From Bugula neritina (Eukaryota > Animalia > Bryozoa): DNA of 64,000 nt. Below the pieces are notes generated by a model, which was not told where the DNA came from, did not search any database, and saw only the letters and a list, made by a program, of their open reading frames with translations. The stretch covers positions 6,154,707 to 6,218,706 of the forward strand of contig OZ037767.1 of assembly GCA_964035545.1 (NCBI GenBank), written 5' to 3'. Both the position numbers and the translations under genes were made by a program. This document shows, piece by piece, positions 23,401 through 37,400 of this stretch (position 1 is its first letter; the number at the start of each line of letters is the position of its first letter).

Positions 23401-26400
23401 TCACTAAACTTTGTGCTCAAATCAGTTTTAAATACAGGTTTGACTGATCACATTCAGACCGACAGTGACTGGCAGTTTCAGTCTAAACTTGATGTTGCTA
23501 TAACGACTATGTATATGAATGAGAGAGTAGCTTACTGGCACAGTGTTTAGTGAATATAGCTGCAACTTCTGGACAGTGGACACAACTCTGAACTATTGTC
23601 TGTCTGTAATGTTTTGCGTGTCCATCCAGAGTCCACATTCTCACTCGGGAATAGTCTGTACCTCTACTCTCCTTGGGCTGCACGTGGAGCAGCCGCATTG
23701 TGTGCTACGCAGAGTTTAGAGGAAAACACAAATAATATAACATTCTCCAATAAAGAGGCTTCAACTTTCAAAGATCTACTATTCGAATTGATTTCACCAT
23801 GCTACACTTATACAAAGGGAGCAGCCATGGTGTAGTGGTTAGAGTGCTGGCCTAGTAAACGGTGTCAGTAGGAAAAACACTGGTAGTGATGTTGAAAAAA
23901 GCATCCAGTCATAACTGCTCCTCTGTCACACATGAATGAGCTTTTAGTTCGTTTTAAAAAACTTTTCAATCAGGGGTTTCTCACAGGGATAATGACTATA
24001 AGCCTGTGCGAGTTTGTTTACATTATTACACTTATACATCAGTAACATGCTATAATATAACAGAAATAAAATAAAAAACTACATTAATATATAAACAGTA
24101 TTCTCTAACATTTACACAAATGTATTGTTTTTTCTAAATGGCTGTTCACTATTTTGAATGTTCAAGGTGAAATGTCAGCAGATAAACTTACTAGTAAATG
24201 TTCCCAGTTCTGCATAAGAAATACATCTGCCTGGTCTAATATCAACACTTCTATGGATGACATGAAATCATAATCTCTTTTTAGATCACTGCAATCAGTC
24301 CAGAGTTTATATGAAACTATACATCACTAATACAGTGTACACACAGTACTACTACAGTGTACACACATTACTACTACATTATACACACATCACTACTACA
24401 GTGCACATACAACACTACTACAGTGTACACACATTACTACTACAGTGTACATACAACACTACTACAGTGTATACACATTACTACTACAGTATACACATTA
24501 CTACTACAGTGTACACACATTACTACTACATTATACACACATCACTACTACAGTGCACATACAACACTACTACAGTGTATACACATTACTACTACAGTGT
24601 ACATACAACACTACTACAGTGTACACACATTACTACTACAGTATACACATTACTACTACAGTGTACATACAACACTACTACAGTGTACATACAACACTAC
24701 TACAGTGTACACACATCACTACTACACACATTACTGTAGTTACAGTATATAACCTACTTACCCATCAGCCCCCAGTATAAGCCGAAGACCCAGAGGTGAG
24801 CAAAGCAAGATGTCTGCCTTATAGAAGTCTACATACAGCTTCATACCGGACTTACTCAACTGAACACCCAGTCTAAAGCAGTCGTCCGTGTTACCGTCAA
24901 ATAACTTCACATAGTCATCTGCAATGTTGAGAAATATCTTACTGGACGGCTCAAATGAAGTCATGATACAACGTAGTAACCAATAACACTGGATAGTCAT
25001 AACTACATAGTACTAGCCTCACTTTATATAAAGCAGACAGTGCTGTTTTATTACATAACATTGTACTTATTTCAGACAGTATGAATATTAAACTAGCAGA
25101 AGTTCACGGCTGTCATTACATAACGAGTTTCGACATCAAATACAACAAACCTGGCTTTCTTGGGTCTATTCCGGAATCTTCTTCAGGTGAAAATTCGGAG
25201 AGAAATCTTTTTTGGTTTGAAATGAAACTCTGAAAATATAAGAGTATATCAGAGGATTTACTAAGTGAATTCTCGCCGGAAACTCCGAGGTGAAAAGCTG
25301 CAGTAAGCAGAAGGCGATACTGTGGAATAGCAAGATTGTAAATTCAACGTGTAACATCTGATGGAATCTTACTACAATAGAGATATGCACTGATAGTACC
25401 TTTTTCTTAGACATTAGAAGAGACTCAAACATGTTCACTATTCGTCTGGCACACTCTTTGAAGGGAGTCAGAATAAGGACTTTGGGACGAGTCAGCCCTT
25501 GGTCTCTATACTCTCTACAATAAACGGTAACACAGTCACGGTACTCAGACTGAGAGCTGATTTGTTTAGTACAAGATTAAATCTAATCTGACAAGTCAGC
25601 TGATGAACTATTCTTACTGAGAATTTTTGACAAAAAAAATCTGAAAAAAAAAACACTAGACAGGATCTAGAAGCATAGCTATTTCATATGATACACAAGG
25701 ACTCCACAATCAGGCACTGCTCTTATATGCTGAAAACATTAGCTGAATTTAATTGGCTAATACTGAAGAATACGATGATAACACGATTTCTACGTAACAT
25801 AAAGTTGAGGTCACTAGTATAAAGATACGTAACATAAATCACTGATAATTCATGTGACAACCTCATGACTATAGAAAATCAAAACTCACTTATCCATTGG
25901 TTTTTTCTTCAGCTCATTAGCTCGTTTCTCCTCACTATTATTCGTCACCCTCAACCTAGTTCTACAACAAAGAAACTGAGTCACATAACTATGTGTACGG
26001 AAATCATTTACATTTTACAACTCATTATATACGACTGTAATTTGGTTGTATAAATTATCAATTCACTAACTTTTTTAAAGTCCATAATAGGTTTTGCTAT
26101 TATATCAATCTTTGAAAGAAAACATTGAAGGACTAGAATATTAGAAAACTAGACAAATAGTTTAAATAAAGAAAGTTATGAAATGCAGCTTATACAAACC
26201 AGAGATTATAAAGGTGGTAGCTTACTTGAGAATATGATTGAGAGAGTGTAGACAGTACACCATTCTAAACTGTTCAAGATGTTCATTGGTCACTGCAGGG
26301 TTGTACAGATCCTGTAAACAGTACTCTACTTTAGTCAAGGATATTGTAATGTGTATGTGCATGTGTATCCCGTTTCTATATTATATAATAACTCAGAAAG

Positions 26401-29400
26401 CCTGTCTGAAAGAAATCGGATTCAGACACCGAAAATGTTTTTCCACACAAAACACCCTTTGTTATGTATGTGAAAAGTATGAGCATAAGAAATTTTTCAC
26501 ACACAACTAAAACATGATGATAAACATGATGAGATAAAGCTAAATTAAATAAAAGGAAATCTACTCTGCAGAAAAAAACTCGAAAAATTATTCCCAGAAA
26601 TGAAAACTTGGTAGCTAATAAAATTTAAAAGCTTTGCTGGGTATAAATCAATTGACTATTCGACAGAAAACAAAACCTAAAAGTAACACTCAAATAATAC
26701 AGAAAGACTGGAAGCTAACTAACTGCGTGTATAAGAAGTTTACGATATGAGAGTAGAAGTTGCCTCCTCCAATCAATCAATGCCACCAAGTTTCAACATA
26801 TAAATATTTACATATATAGGTCGCTATCTCCACTTAAATGTATGATAAAATGATGAGTATCTCAGCTGCAAAGTCGTACTTCAAAAATAAGTGCACTTCA
26901 GCCAGCAGCTATACTATGAGGCACTGAGAAATGCTGTGACAACACGCTGCCACTGCAGCAATGCTTTTACACCCACCTTGTACTGATTGATGATGTCAAA
27001 CATACTCCGCTGAGCTCTGCTAAGTGTGGGCTCAGCGTCTCCTGTTTGCGGTACGCCGCAGTGCTGCTTCAATGTCTTCCCGACATGGTTGAAGAGGCGA
27101 GACCTCAGCCCCACAGACGGCAGAGTAGCTGTTGGATCACTCAGTTCTGTGTTGACACATGTTGGGGGGTATCTGTGCATCCCCTTACCAAGACCAACCA
27201 CCTGAAAGTACACAACACTGCTTACAGTGAGTTAACAGCAACATAGCACACGGAAATGTGCATAGTAAAGAGAAATACTTTCAGATTTTAAAAGATCGTG
27301 GGTCATTTTACTTAATTTAGTACACACTGGAAATCTCCAGTTTATTTAGCTATTATTCACAATTTAACTGCTAATGAACATGGGTGTTTTGCACAAAACT
27401 AGTAAAATATCAATAAATACACCTAAATAATCAAGGTTCTTCTTAATTTTGCTTGATTTCCCATGTTTTTTCCTAATTATTCAGTTACTTTTGATTGCGG
27501 ACCGTTACGAAAAAACCGTAACGGTCCGCAATCCAAATTACCTAAATAAATAAGAAAAAACATGGGAAATCAAGCAAAATTAAGAAGAACCTTGATTATT
27601 TAGGTGTATTTATTGATATTTTACTAGTTTTGTGCAAAACACCCATGTTCATTAGCAGTTAAATTGTGAATAATAGCTAAATAAACTGGAGATTTCCAGT
27701 GTGTACTAAATTAAGTAAAATGATCCTAGCACTGATATTGCAGCATCACCCCCCCCCCCCTTTCTAAATAGTCAACAAAATTTCAAGCTATTTGTGACCC
27801 AAAGGACAAATATAAGATAGTGATTTAGGTTCATAATTCACTGAGCGTATGTTATATATACTATCGATACACAAACACAATCAAAGCCTATCAACAACAC
27901 TCTAGTAGAAAATTATTCCAAACCTCCACTCTCTTGGCAGCCCACTGTTTCTTATCAGACAATGACAACAGTTTGGTCTCGTCTAACTCTTGCTCAAAGT
28001 GAGTATTGAACGCATCTGAAAACACAGATAATGTGTGGAAAGAGTGACTGCCAGAAATGAAACATCAAAACTCAAAGAAACTTCTAGCTGAAGAGTTGAG
28101 TGAATTTCCGGGTACTTAACGTGCATTAAAAAAGTAAGAAACTGTAAGAAATTTACATGTCAGGTTTAAGCACCACTGAAATGTCACCCATGCTAGAAGG
28201 TACAGTACAAGCTCAGTATCATTTAGAAATTCATGTATTGTTGATTTTCTAGCTGCTAATAAAACTACTTTTACTCTGTTAATTCAATAAAAGTAACCTT
28301 ATGGCTAACTATTAGCTATTAGCTACTAGCCACACTGCCTTCTCTCCAACAGATGTTGCAGACTACACACAGTAGCCTATGGACTTCTTTAGTCTATAGA
28401 TTTAGCTTTGAAAACAAATATCGTAAAACAACCAGCTAAAAATATCTCAATAACACAGAGACTAACCACCGAGCATACAACAAGCAGTCATCACCCGAGA
28501 CTAAGTATATATTATATAACTATTGGTATAAAAATTCAAAACTCACCATCAGGTTTTATCGTTTCTTTTACGACAACCTTTGGTTTGACGGGTTCAACAG
28601 GAAGCACATCATCTGGGTCAACAGCGAGATCCAGTGGCTTCAACTTCTTTGATTGAGGCACATCCTGTCATAAGAGCACATAACAGCTGCTAGGTATGTG
28701 AACATAACACTGTGGATATCACCATGGATTCGGAAAAACAAAATCTTATTAAGTTTTACTACAATAGCTTGTAGAAAATCCCTGACCCATTAATGACTGG
28801 CTAATAGAGAGAGTTCAAAGTTAGGAAGTTCATGACTAAAAAGTTAACTTTAGAGCAAATCCGGTCATAGAGTGAAATAGAGCTACTTGTACAAACTATT
28901 ACAAAAATGAATAGGCAGTGTAAAAATCTTTATGAAATAATGCTAGAATTAATAGTATTCTCAAAATCTACATAATAGTCTTTTGGACTAAAGTCTACAC
29001 TGTAAAGGAACGACTTAGCGTGAAATGACAACTCCCAATACCTGGTTTACTGTTCAACAACATCGCAACATTAATAGCAAAACTAATGACATTAAAGAAA
29101 CCAAAACAATACCTCACTGGATTCTTCTGCGGAGCTAGACTCAGCTAGACTTAGTTCCTCTACTTCCTCTCCGTCAGACAAGACTCTCTTACGACCTGGG
29201 CCAGGTTTGCTCTTGGAATTAGAAATATCTAGAAAAGTAGTGGAGCATTTTCTTGCTTACAATGACAAAATTGATTCAACTGCATTACATTCCATCTCTC
29301 TCTATGCTGCAAGTGTGGCAATTAATACAATGCCAGAATAAAAAGAGTTGGCAGATTCATCTAGCAGCAGTTCTAGGCTGCCACATAACATCAAAGCAGA

Positions 29401-31089
29401 AAATGTCTGAAGGTGCGGTAAAAGTATGGTAGAGATGAGTTCACCTTCTGTAGAGAGATCATCTTTTTCACCATTCACATTTTCTTCATCCCCAGTAGAA
29501 GCTTCACTATCAGTGACATCTAATAACAAAATGAATCATGTTATCATCCTTAGGAGTTTATTAGCAATGACACATATGAGTATGTGTATGATGAGGTTTC
29601 AGAGCATAAATGTGTATTTTGCCGCTGGAGGGGGGGGGGGAGGGAGACAATTTATATCAATGTTTGGGCTACTTCAACAATAAATGGTTAACTATGAGTT
29701 CTTATTGGAAAGATGACACCTGAGGTGATGTGAACACCAAGCCTTCGTTTTATAAAATATGACCCACCAAAATACAGCATAGATTTAAGATAGACACACA
29801 TGAGTTTATAGCCACCCCTAACAGAAAGACCCATTTTTTACGCGGGCTGAGGACTTTTTCTCTATTGTGTAAAAGGAGCAATTATGACTGAATGCTCTTC
29901 ATAACATCACCAATGACCTTTACTGGAGATCAAACCACTCACTTTGTGTTTATTAAACGAGCACTCTAACCCCTAAGCCTACGTAACATAGATAAACAGG
30001 AGGAGTTAATTCCTTACCTTCTAGTGAAGTAACACTTTCCTGAGCCTCTGAGTCAGAAGATGACTCATCATCAGAAGTATCCCGAGCAGCCTTCACTCCC
30101 AGCGCTGCGAGTAGCTGTTCTTTACCACCAGGCTGGTTGTCAGAACTATCTTCATCGGATTCATCGTCAGACTAGAACAAAAGTTAATATAAACAGGACT
30201 GTGAAACGTTGGATGAGGAGTTATCTCACCAAAACTGTTACTTTGAGGTAGGACAAGAATAAACATGCAAAAGTTTATTGAAGTACGAGTAGCATTGAAT
30301 GTATATGAGTGACCAATCACTGGTGAAGCAAGCATTATTAATGAAAACTCGTAAAATTAGTTCACATACAAGATTAATAAAACTAGAATATGCTCATTTA
30401 ATGGCTCAAATTACTTATTTTATTTACTGTAAGAGACAGTATGTTTCAACTGAAATAATCAAATGAAAAAATCCAATTGCTATAATAACAAAAAACTTCC
30501 TTTCAAACAAGAAAATTTTTCTACATGAATATTTGTTAAATTTTAGCATTTTCATGAAAAAAAGAAATAAATATATTTTTAAGTAATGCAATGCGAAAAA
30601 AACAAATTAACAAGTTGAAAACAACATTGAATATTCAGGGCAAAGTTATACTAAAAGTATCTATACATACAATGATGAATAAAATAAGGTAAGTATGAGA
30701 AAATGCCTGATTTCCTTAACCGACAAGTTTACAATACTTGAATAATATTTTAGTCACTGTAAAGCTTACTTGGATGACAGGATCTTCCTTGTCAAACACT
30801 CTAGCAACTTTTGAAGACCTAAAATTGATGAAACTAATTTAACTTGGGAAAATACAATAAATGGCGCATTATAACACGTGAAACAGTTAAATTAATTAAA
30901 CTCCGGCCTTCTGAAAACTTTCTTTAAACTTGAAATCCATCACGTATGAGTTCAAAATAACCACCTGCTCCCAGATGGAATGGAGTTGTCAAATAAAGAC
31001 ATCGACTCCATCTCTTCAGCATCCCTTGACTGCTTTGGAGGTCTTTTTGACATTTTTAGAAAACCTTTCTGCTTGTTCTTGCCTCTCAT
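20464..31089 (-). CDS. UTP25: U3 snoRNA-associated protein 25 (UTP25/DIEXF/Def), ~19 coding exons
   Basis: GT-AG exons give MRGKNKQK..., acidic N-terminus, [130 protein letters not shown]. Confidence 0.95.
23818..24003 (+). mobile_element. tRNA-derived SINE family, copy 1
   Basis: ggagcagcc.tggtgtagtggttag head, central gcatccagtcataactgctcc, tail ggtttctcacagggat..gactataa shared with four other copies. Confidence 0.75.
24330..24740. repeat. Intronic minisatellite, ~20-22-bp units (actactacagtgtacatacaac variants)
   Basis: Directly visible tandem array in a UTP25 intron. Confidence 0.9.
27300..27726. mobile_element. Foldback/MITE palindrome with ~210-bp near-perfect arms
   Basis: ggtcattttacttaatttagtacacactgg... 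is mirrored by ...ccagtgtgtactaaattaagtaaaatgatcc; centre gcggaccgttacg-aaaaaac-cgtaacggtccgc. Confidence 0.9.
29801..29985 (-). mobile_element. tRNA-derived SINE family, copy 2
   Basis: Reverse complement of family motifs: agtttatagcc, ggagcaattatgactgaatgctcttc, gcactctaacc. Confidence 0.7.
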
Positions 31090-31549
31090 TTTGAAAAGTA
31101 AATTTCGTAACTGGAAGAAAGATATCAACACTTGCCTATTGATTACCGTAAATCAAATCCAGATGAGTTCAAATTCTAGATTTAATAATATTGAGGATTG
31201 TGGCGTTGAGTGCTTTTGCACCAGTTATCAACTAGTATAAGGTATTAATAAATGGGTAACTTTAGTTGCAAATATACAAGCAATTAGGATCAAGCAGCAC
31301 TTTCCTTGGTTTAGATTTGTTCATAGAATAATGCACACAGTAAATGTAATGTGGGTACGCTTGCAAAGCAATCTCACATATAATTATATCACTGACTTCA
31401 ACCTTCATACATTCACACTGTGATTGTCATTCTATTCTACCCCCTAAAGACTGATTGAGACTGATGAGAAAAACTAAAAAGTGATGAAGAAATATAACAA
31501 AACCACTACAATTGATATTATCACTTTGGCTTTCCCACTGACAATATCA

Positions 31550-32410
31550 TAGTACTACTACTACTACTCACTGCTACTACGCCCACTGCTACAACCAGTA
31601 CTAGTAGACGTAGCACTAGTAGTGAGAAGTAGTACTACGCCTATTAGTACTGGTAGTAGCAGTAAGCGTAGTACTAGTAGCAGCAGCCCTCAGTAGCAGC
31701 TAATAGTACTACTACTACTACTACTACTACTAGTAGTAGTAGTACAAATACTAATAGTACTACTACTAAGAGCAAATCTAGTTAATGACTGTCTAATGTG
31801 GATGTCTAACATTATGAGTAACTCACAAACTCTAACTGTAAGAGTAAGAGTTGGTGACTAACTCTAAAACTAAAGAATAAAATCAAAATGGTAGAACTAG
31901 AAGTAAATACTCATACTTATCCTGATACTCAATGTCATACTAATAGTAATACTAATACTAATAGTAATAGTAATACAGTAATAGACTAATAGATTATGAG
32001 TATAACTATTGTCTATTTAGAGTATTAGTATTACTCTATTACTATTACTATTAGTATTAGTAAATGTAATACTAAGTTTAATAGTAATACTCAAAATAGA
32101 CAATAGTTATACTCATACTCGAACTCAACATCATACTGATACTAGTCATACTCATAGTCATAGTCAATGTAATGCTGATACTAATAGTATCACTATTACT
32201 ATTAGGGATACTTATAGCTATACTCATACTGATACTGTGTCTGAGTCCTGAGAGTGATCCGCTGATCGTTTAACCTAAAATTTTCATCTTACTTTTACTC
32301 TTATTAACTTTAAGACTCACTTACTCTTAGTCTTAGTAATACTTCACTAATAGTAATACTAATAGTAATACTAATACTAATAGTAATATTAATACTAATA
32401 GTTATAGTCT
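31550..32410. repeat. Degenerate (TAC)n/(TAG)n and (TAGTAA/TACTAA)n low-complexity tract; similar tract 33910-34165
   Basis: Directly visible simple repeats. Confidence 0.75.
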
Positions 32411-32703
32411 TTTAGAGTGAAACAAAAATAATCAAATGCAAATACTTATACAGTTTGAATATTTGTTAAGCTTATAGTTGAGCAAAAATTTTAATAAGGA
32501 TATTAGTAACACGGTGCTAGACTGCTAGTCTTAGAAATAATTTACATCTAAACTATACGAACAAACATAACCATGCGAGGTGGAAAATGTGTTGACATTG
32601 AGTTTGACATTAATTAACAATAGATGCAAACGCGCCGCGCAGTAACTATAAATGAAAGGTTAATAAAGGTTTTCTTGTCTGCTGTGTGTTATATTAGATT
32701 ATC

Positions 32704-33479
32704 GGCTTCCATGTACCGATATCAGATCGATCTCAGGGAGATCGATCCATGGAAAGACGCCAAAGATCGATCTCAGTCGTTCTGAGCTGGTCGGTCTGTA
32801 GAGCTCGAACTCAGATCGATCTCAAGGCAATAAGACCATGGAAAGACGAAAGATCGATCCGAGAAGTAGAAAAATGACTGCTCGCTAAAATGTTGTCTGC
32901 TAATGAAAATGATAACTTATTGTTAATTACTAAGCAAAGTACTTAATAATTAAGATAGCCATTTTTTCAAGTGACAAAACTTTGAATTTTAGTAAAATGA
33001 TTAAGAAAACTTAATTATGTAAAATTATAGACGGTGGACGATACAAAAAGTGAGAGCATTTAAATTGAATTTGAACGACTAGTATAACGCACTGCCATTA
33101 GTTATTTGCTGCGCAATCTTAAGCCTAATAATCCCGTAATTTTATAAATAAGCTGCACAACAGCTATAAATTTTATATAAGCTGTCAAGCTAAAATATTA
33201 AAATCAATTATCTTAAATTGGCCAAATTACTTCATATTAAAAGCTTTACTGTGTAGAGTTTATAGCTGACGTTAAATTTTAGACTATGAAAATTTTGTTT
33301 TTCAACAGCAGTAGCTTTTACCACTTAGGTGGGTGAAAAAAATATACTAATAGTCTTCACCTAAGAGGAGGCAACTCCGAGAGATCGATCTGACACTCTC
33401 ATGGAAAAATGATCGATCTGAGCACATTGCTCAGATCGATCTCGCTGAGATCGATCTGAGATCGGTACATGGAAAGCCC
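32704..33479. mobile_element. Non-autonomous TIR element with AGATCGATCT subterminal repeats
   Basis: ~40-bp TIR ggcttccatgtaccgatatcagatcgatctcagggagatcgatc / gatcgatctcgctgagatcgatctgagatcggtacatggaaagccc; repeated gatcgatc palindromes at both ends; no clean TSD. Confidence 0.8.
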
Positions 33480-33512
33480 GTGAATGTAAGTTGAGCGACA
33501 ATCAAGATTAGG

Positions 33513-33657
33513 TTTATAAGCAGCTCCGAGTTGGGGGTGAATGAGTGCAGCAGTTTGCAATTCTCTAGTTTGGAGTTGGGGTTTATTGTAAACCCCAACT
33601 CCAAACTCAAGAACCGCAAATTACTGCACTCAGTCACCCCGCAGAGTTGCTTATAGA
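33513..33657. mobile_element. Short palindromic element (related copy 55164-55247)
   Basis: tttggagttggggttta-ttg-taaaccccaactccaaa core with outer arms tgagtgcag/ctgcactca and tataagca/tgcttata. Confidence 0.7.
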
Positions 33658-34429
33658 ACCCAATAAACTTAGGTCGGTCCCAGTTCAATGATTCGACGAC
33701 CGGAAAATTGAAGGGCATATAATACATCACTCACATCACTCTGTGACCTACTCCTCTTGGCTCTAGTTCAAAGAAGCAAAGACCAGAGATAACAATAACA
33801 GTTACCTCGCTGCTCTAGTCCTATAGCTGCAAATTTTATTAATATACTTGTAATATAATCAACAATAAATAAATTTAATTTTAATAGCGTAGCGTTTTAC
33901 TTACACTATGACTAGTATTAGTATTAGTATTACTAAATCTAATACTAATAGTAATACTTAAAGTTTCAGTTTGAGTTACACAAAGTCTTACAGTTGAGTT
34001 ACTGTTTGTGTTAGTCTTACTCTTTCTGATTATTCAAGAATATCAACTTCAATTAATGAATTATCAACTCAATATCAATAAATAATATTAATAGTAATAT
34101 CGATATAAAATGTTATACTTATACTCTTAGTCTTATACTTATAGTTATAGTAATACTAATAGTATCTTCTAGCCTCTAGGTGTTTTCAATTTTTCAGCTT
34201 ATGGATACTAAAGGAACAGGGCATGTCAATTTTGGCCAGTCTAACTTTAATTTTGATCTTTTGAATATGTTTTCTTTTTAAGAGTTCGCAGCAGCCACAG
34301 CAGTTATTATAATGTTAGTTTAAATAGAATTAAGTTTATTGAATCTTTTACTTCTGCAAGTAAAGTGAGTTATAGCCATCTAATACTGATCTCCGGACTG
34401 GATAATTGCTAAGAGACAAACCGCAGCAA

Positions 34430-36836
34430 ATGTTTATCTACCTCAAGAACCTTTCCCTATCCACACCCAATCTTTCTCATATTTCAAATGTTTGCTTATT
34501 AAAAAGACAGCTGAATGGAATAATGCAAAGATCACTGCATAGTAAGGTAAAATTTATAATGCAGTTTTTATCATATCCCTTTTGTTTGAAACATGGAATT
34601 ATTATGTATTACTAGTTTTATAAGTTGCGTGTCAACTGATATTTGTATGCTTGGACGCCTGGATCCTGCTTATTAAGTACGTATCTGTAGACTCGTGCAC
34701 TGCCCTATTTCCCCACCACCAACTTACGTTGTAAAGATACCGAGAAGGACAAAGTCCCACTGATAGTTCTGCTCCCTTGGTTGAATGCACAACCCAAACA
34801 TGTCAACAAATACATAGAACTTTATCACAAACGAGGTCAGCAACAAAGCAGAACATTAGATTTAACACACTCAAAATAATATATCAATCTTTTTTATATA
34901 AGTTATATTTTTTATTACTTTTTATTCCTACACTGTATTTCCATTCTATTATTTTGACGATTTAGTTATACTGTCACATAAGCAAAATTTATAACTAATT
35001 ATTCAGATAAGTTATCCATGGTTTATTGTAATAATTGTACAGGAAATGGTGATTTGATGCATCTTGTATTACTTGAACAGGATATGATGTAATGACGTGC
35101 TCAGTCAAGGTCAGCAACTTCCTGTGGCCTGAAAGTTGCTACTCGACTACTAAAGTGCTGACTAAGGAGTTGTCTTCTGCTGAATTTTGTCACAGACCCT
35201 TGATATTCCACAGGTAGTGAAAATAATTTAAATCGATAAGTTATTAGTAATAAGTCACTAGCAAAAACCCTATTTAGTTCTGTTAAAATTAGTGCATTCC
35301 AATGCTAGTCTGTTATTCTTGAGTGCCTATGCATTACCAGTAAAAACAACAAGTTAGTTGTGTGCATTAGAAGGTTTTTTAATCTAGGCATTTCTGTGTG
35401 TAATTTATACTTTTGTTATTTTTTTGTCATTTTTGTCTTTCCATATGATATTTCTTTATCGATTTTGAATTTTAAGGCTTTTTGTTAAGAACAGCTTTGC
35501 ACCATGTTTTGTTTTTGCGTCAAAACTACTTTTAATTCTTGATGAATGTTATTTCTGCTGTAAAGTTGACGTTTTATTAACTGATGAGGTTAACTCACTA
35601 TGAAAATACTGGAAAAGTTGCCATGTAAATAGGTGTTTATTGACAAAAAATGTATTTACCGGTGCTACCATAGCAACAATCCTTTGCCACTTAATTTTGC
35701 ATTCAAAAGTTTTGATTTGTTAAATTTGTTCATTGAATTTTACTAAGTTTTATAAAGACTTGAAAGTTTTTTAGAACTGTAAAAGAATTACTGATTGTGT
35801 GGCATTTATGCTATTGACAAAAGTTATGTTTGGCTTCATTGGATTTTCTATTGCCCTTGTTTTAGTGTAGTAAGTAACATGGAATGAAATACTGGCATAT
35901 TTAAAGGGAAACCAGGCTATATGTTTACTCAGTGTAGTAATGGATGTAGTAGAGTTCCTATATATATTGTAGCTTCAGTGTGGGCACCTACATGCTGTCC
36001 GTACTGTTCTCACAGATGATAGAAGATCCTAATTCATACTCTGAGGTTTCACGGCGAATCCTAGGCTTTATAAATGACAGCATAACTGTTGGTATGATTT
36101 TATTGTCACAGTTTGTTTCTGGAAGGTTCTATTGTCACCCAATCTGCTGATGAAATAATAAAAATTCTCACGCAAGTTTACAGTCGCTATCCCTTTTAGA
36201 GAACCATGTTGTAAAGAGGTTTGTTTTTGTTAAATTGGGCTAAGGGCTTATTCAGATAAGGCACAGGAGCAATTATGACTAGATGCTTTTCCTACCAACA
36301 CCAAGTCACCAAGAGCCTTGTTCGGGGTTTGAACCCATGACTTCGTGCTTACTAGGCAAATGCTCTAACCCCTAGACCGCAGTTGCTCTCTTATATTGCG
36401 ACTAAAATACTGAGTGTATTATTCTTATGTAGGTGGAACTAAGAGAATGACCACTGGAATAGCTCATGGATTCTCCCAATCTAAGGTGGCCCGGTTTATG
36501 GTATCTGGTACAATAGATTTATACCTGGCTATGACTCATAGGTGGACTGTCAGGTTGTATGACATGTTTATAAACGCTTTCTACAACAACCCAGTTCCGA
36601 AGGCTCCGTTACTATATTTTTATTCTCATAATGACCCGATGAGCGATCCTGAGAGTGTTGCCGATGTGATCAACTATCAGAAACTCAATGGCTATGATGT
36701 AGTGTTTAAAGATTGGCAATTGTCTGCCCATGCTCAACACTATGCTCGTCACCCTAAAGATTATGTTGATGTTTTGGACCGGTTTTTAAAAAGAATTGAT
36801 ACTAACAACCCTCTGTTATTTTTGTCTAAATTATAA
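34430..36836 (+). CDS. TMEM53-like DUF829 alpha/beta-hydrolase, 5 coding exons (34430-34546, 34691-34835, 35081-35213, 35973-36091, 36433-36836 approx.)
   Basis: Spliced peptide PLIVLLPWLNAQPKHVNKYIELY..GYDV...FLWP...LIFHSFSVG...INDS...PLLYFYSHNDPMS...WQLSAHAQHYARHPKDY..; phases match at GT-AG junctions. Family is clear; orthology to vertebrate TMEM53 is not. Confidence 0.88.
36174..36390 (-). mobile_element. tRNA-derived SINE family, copy 3 (best-preserved B box)
   Basis: Reverse strand gives agagcaactgcggtctaggggttagagc...gggttcaaaccc...gcatctagtcataattgctcc...gcgactgtaaact. Confidence 0.8.
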
Positions 36837-37254
36837 TTTTCCATTGTTTTTAATCTGTAGTAGTTGACCTTGAATTTTCCACTCTGCCGTTAGTCATCTC
36901 TACATTCTTTGAGCTTGATATTACATATCATGACATGACCTGCTTTTTCGTAGAACCTTCTCTTTGCGTTTTGCTGTCGTCCTGTTTTGCGGTCATTTAC
37001 ACTAACCATCTAACTATCTGATATTCCTCGGCTCCATTTGCTTTGCAACTGCACTGTTACTCCATAGCTTGCAATATACTATTTGGCAGGTATTTTATAT
37101 GGTGATAGCTATAGATGGCTTAAATAGCATTTGATTTGAAAATCTACAGGTTTTATTTCAATATGATGATGTCATAATTGTAAGACTGACTTTTAAGACT
37201 TGAAACAAAACTTTAATGTTAGTCTCTAAGAATTTTAACTTAAACTGCAGGCAT

Positions 37255-37400
37255 TATTTAATTGGTAATTGAATAAATAATTGGTAATTGATATAATTGG
37301 TAATTGAATAAATTGGTAATTTATATAATTGGTAATTGAATAAATTATTGGTAATTGATATAATTGGTAATTGAATAAATTATTGGTAATTGATATAATT
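37255..37400. repeat. Minisatellite (taattggtaattga variants)
   Basis: Directly visible tandem units of 15-20 bp. Confidence 0.85.

Noticed and set aside
24311-24780. Three overlapping His/Tyr/Thr-rich ORFs
   Set aside because: They are translations of an intronic minisatellite on the strand opposite UTP25.
22967-29645. Poly-G/poly-C runs in UTP25 introns (22967, ~27748, ~29629)
   Set aside because: Isolated homopolymers in mixed orientation, with no evidence of function.
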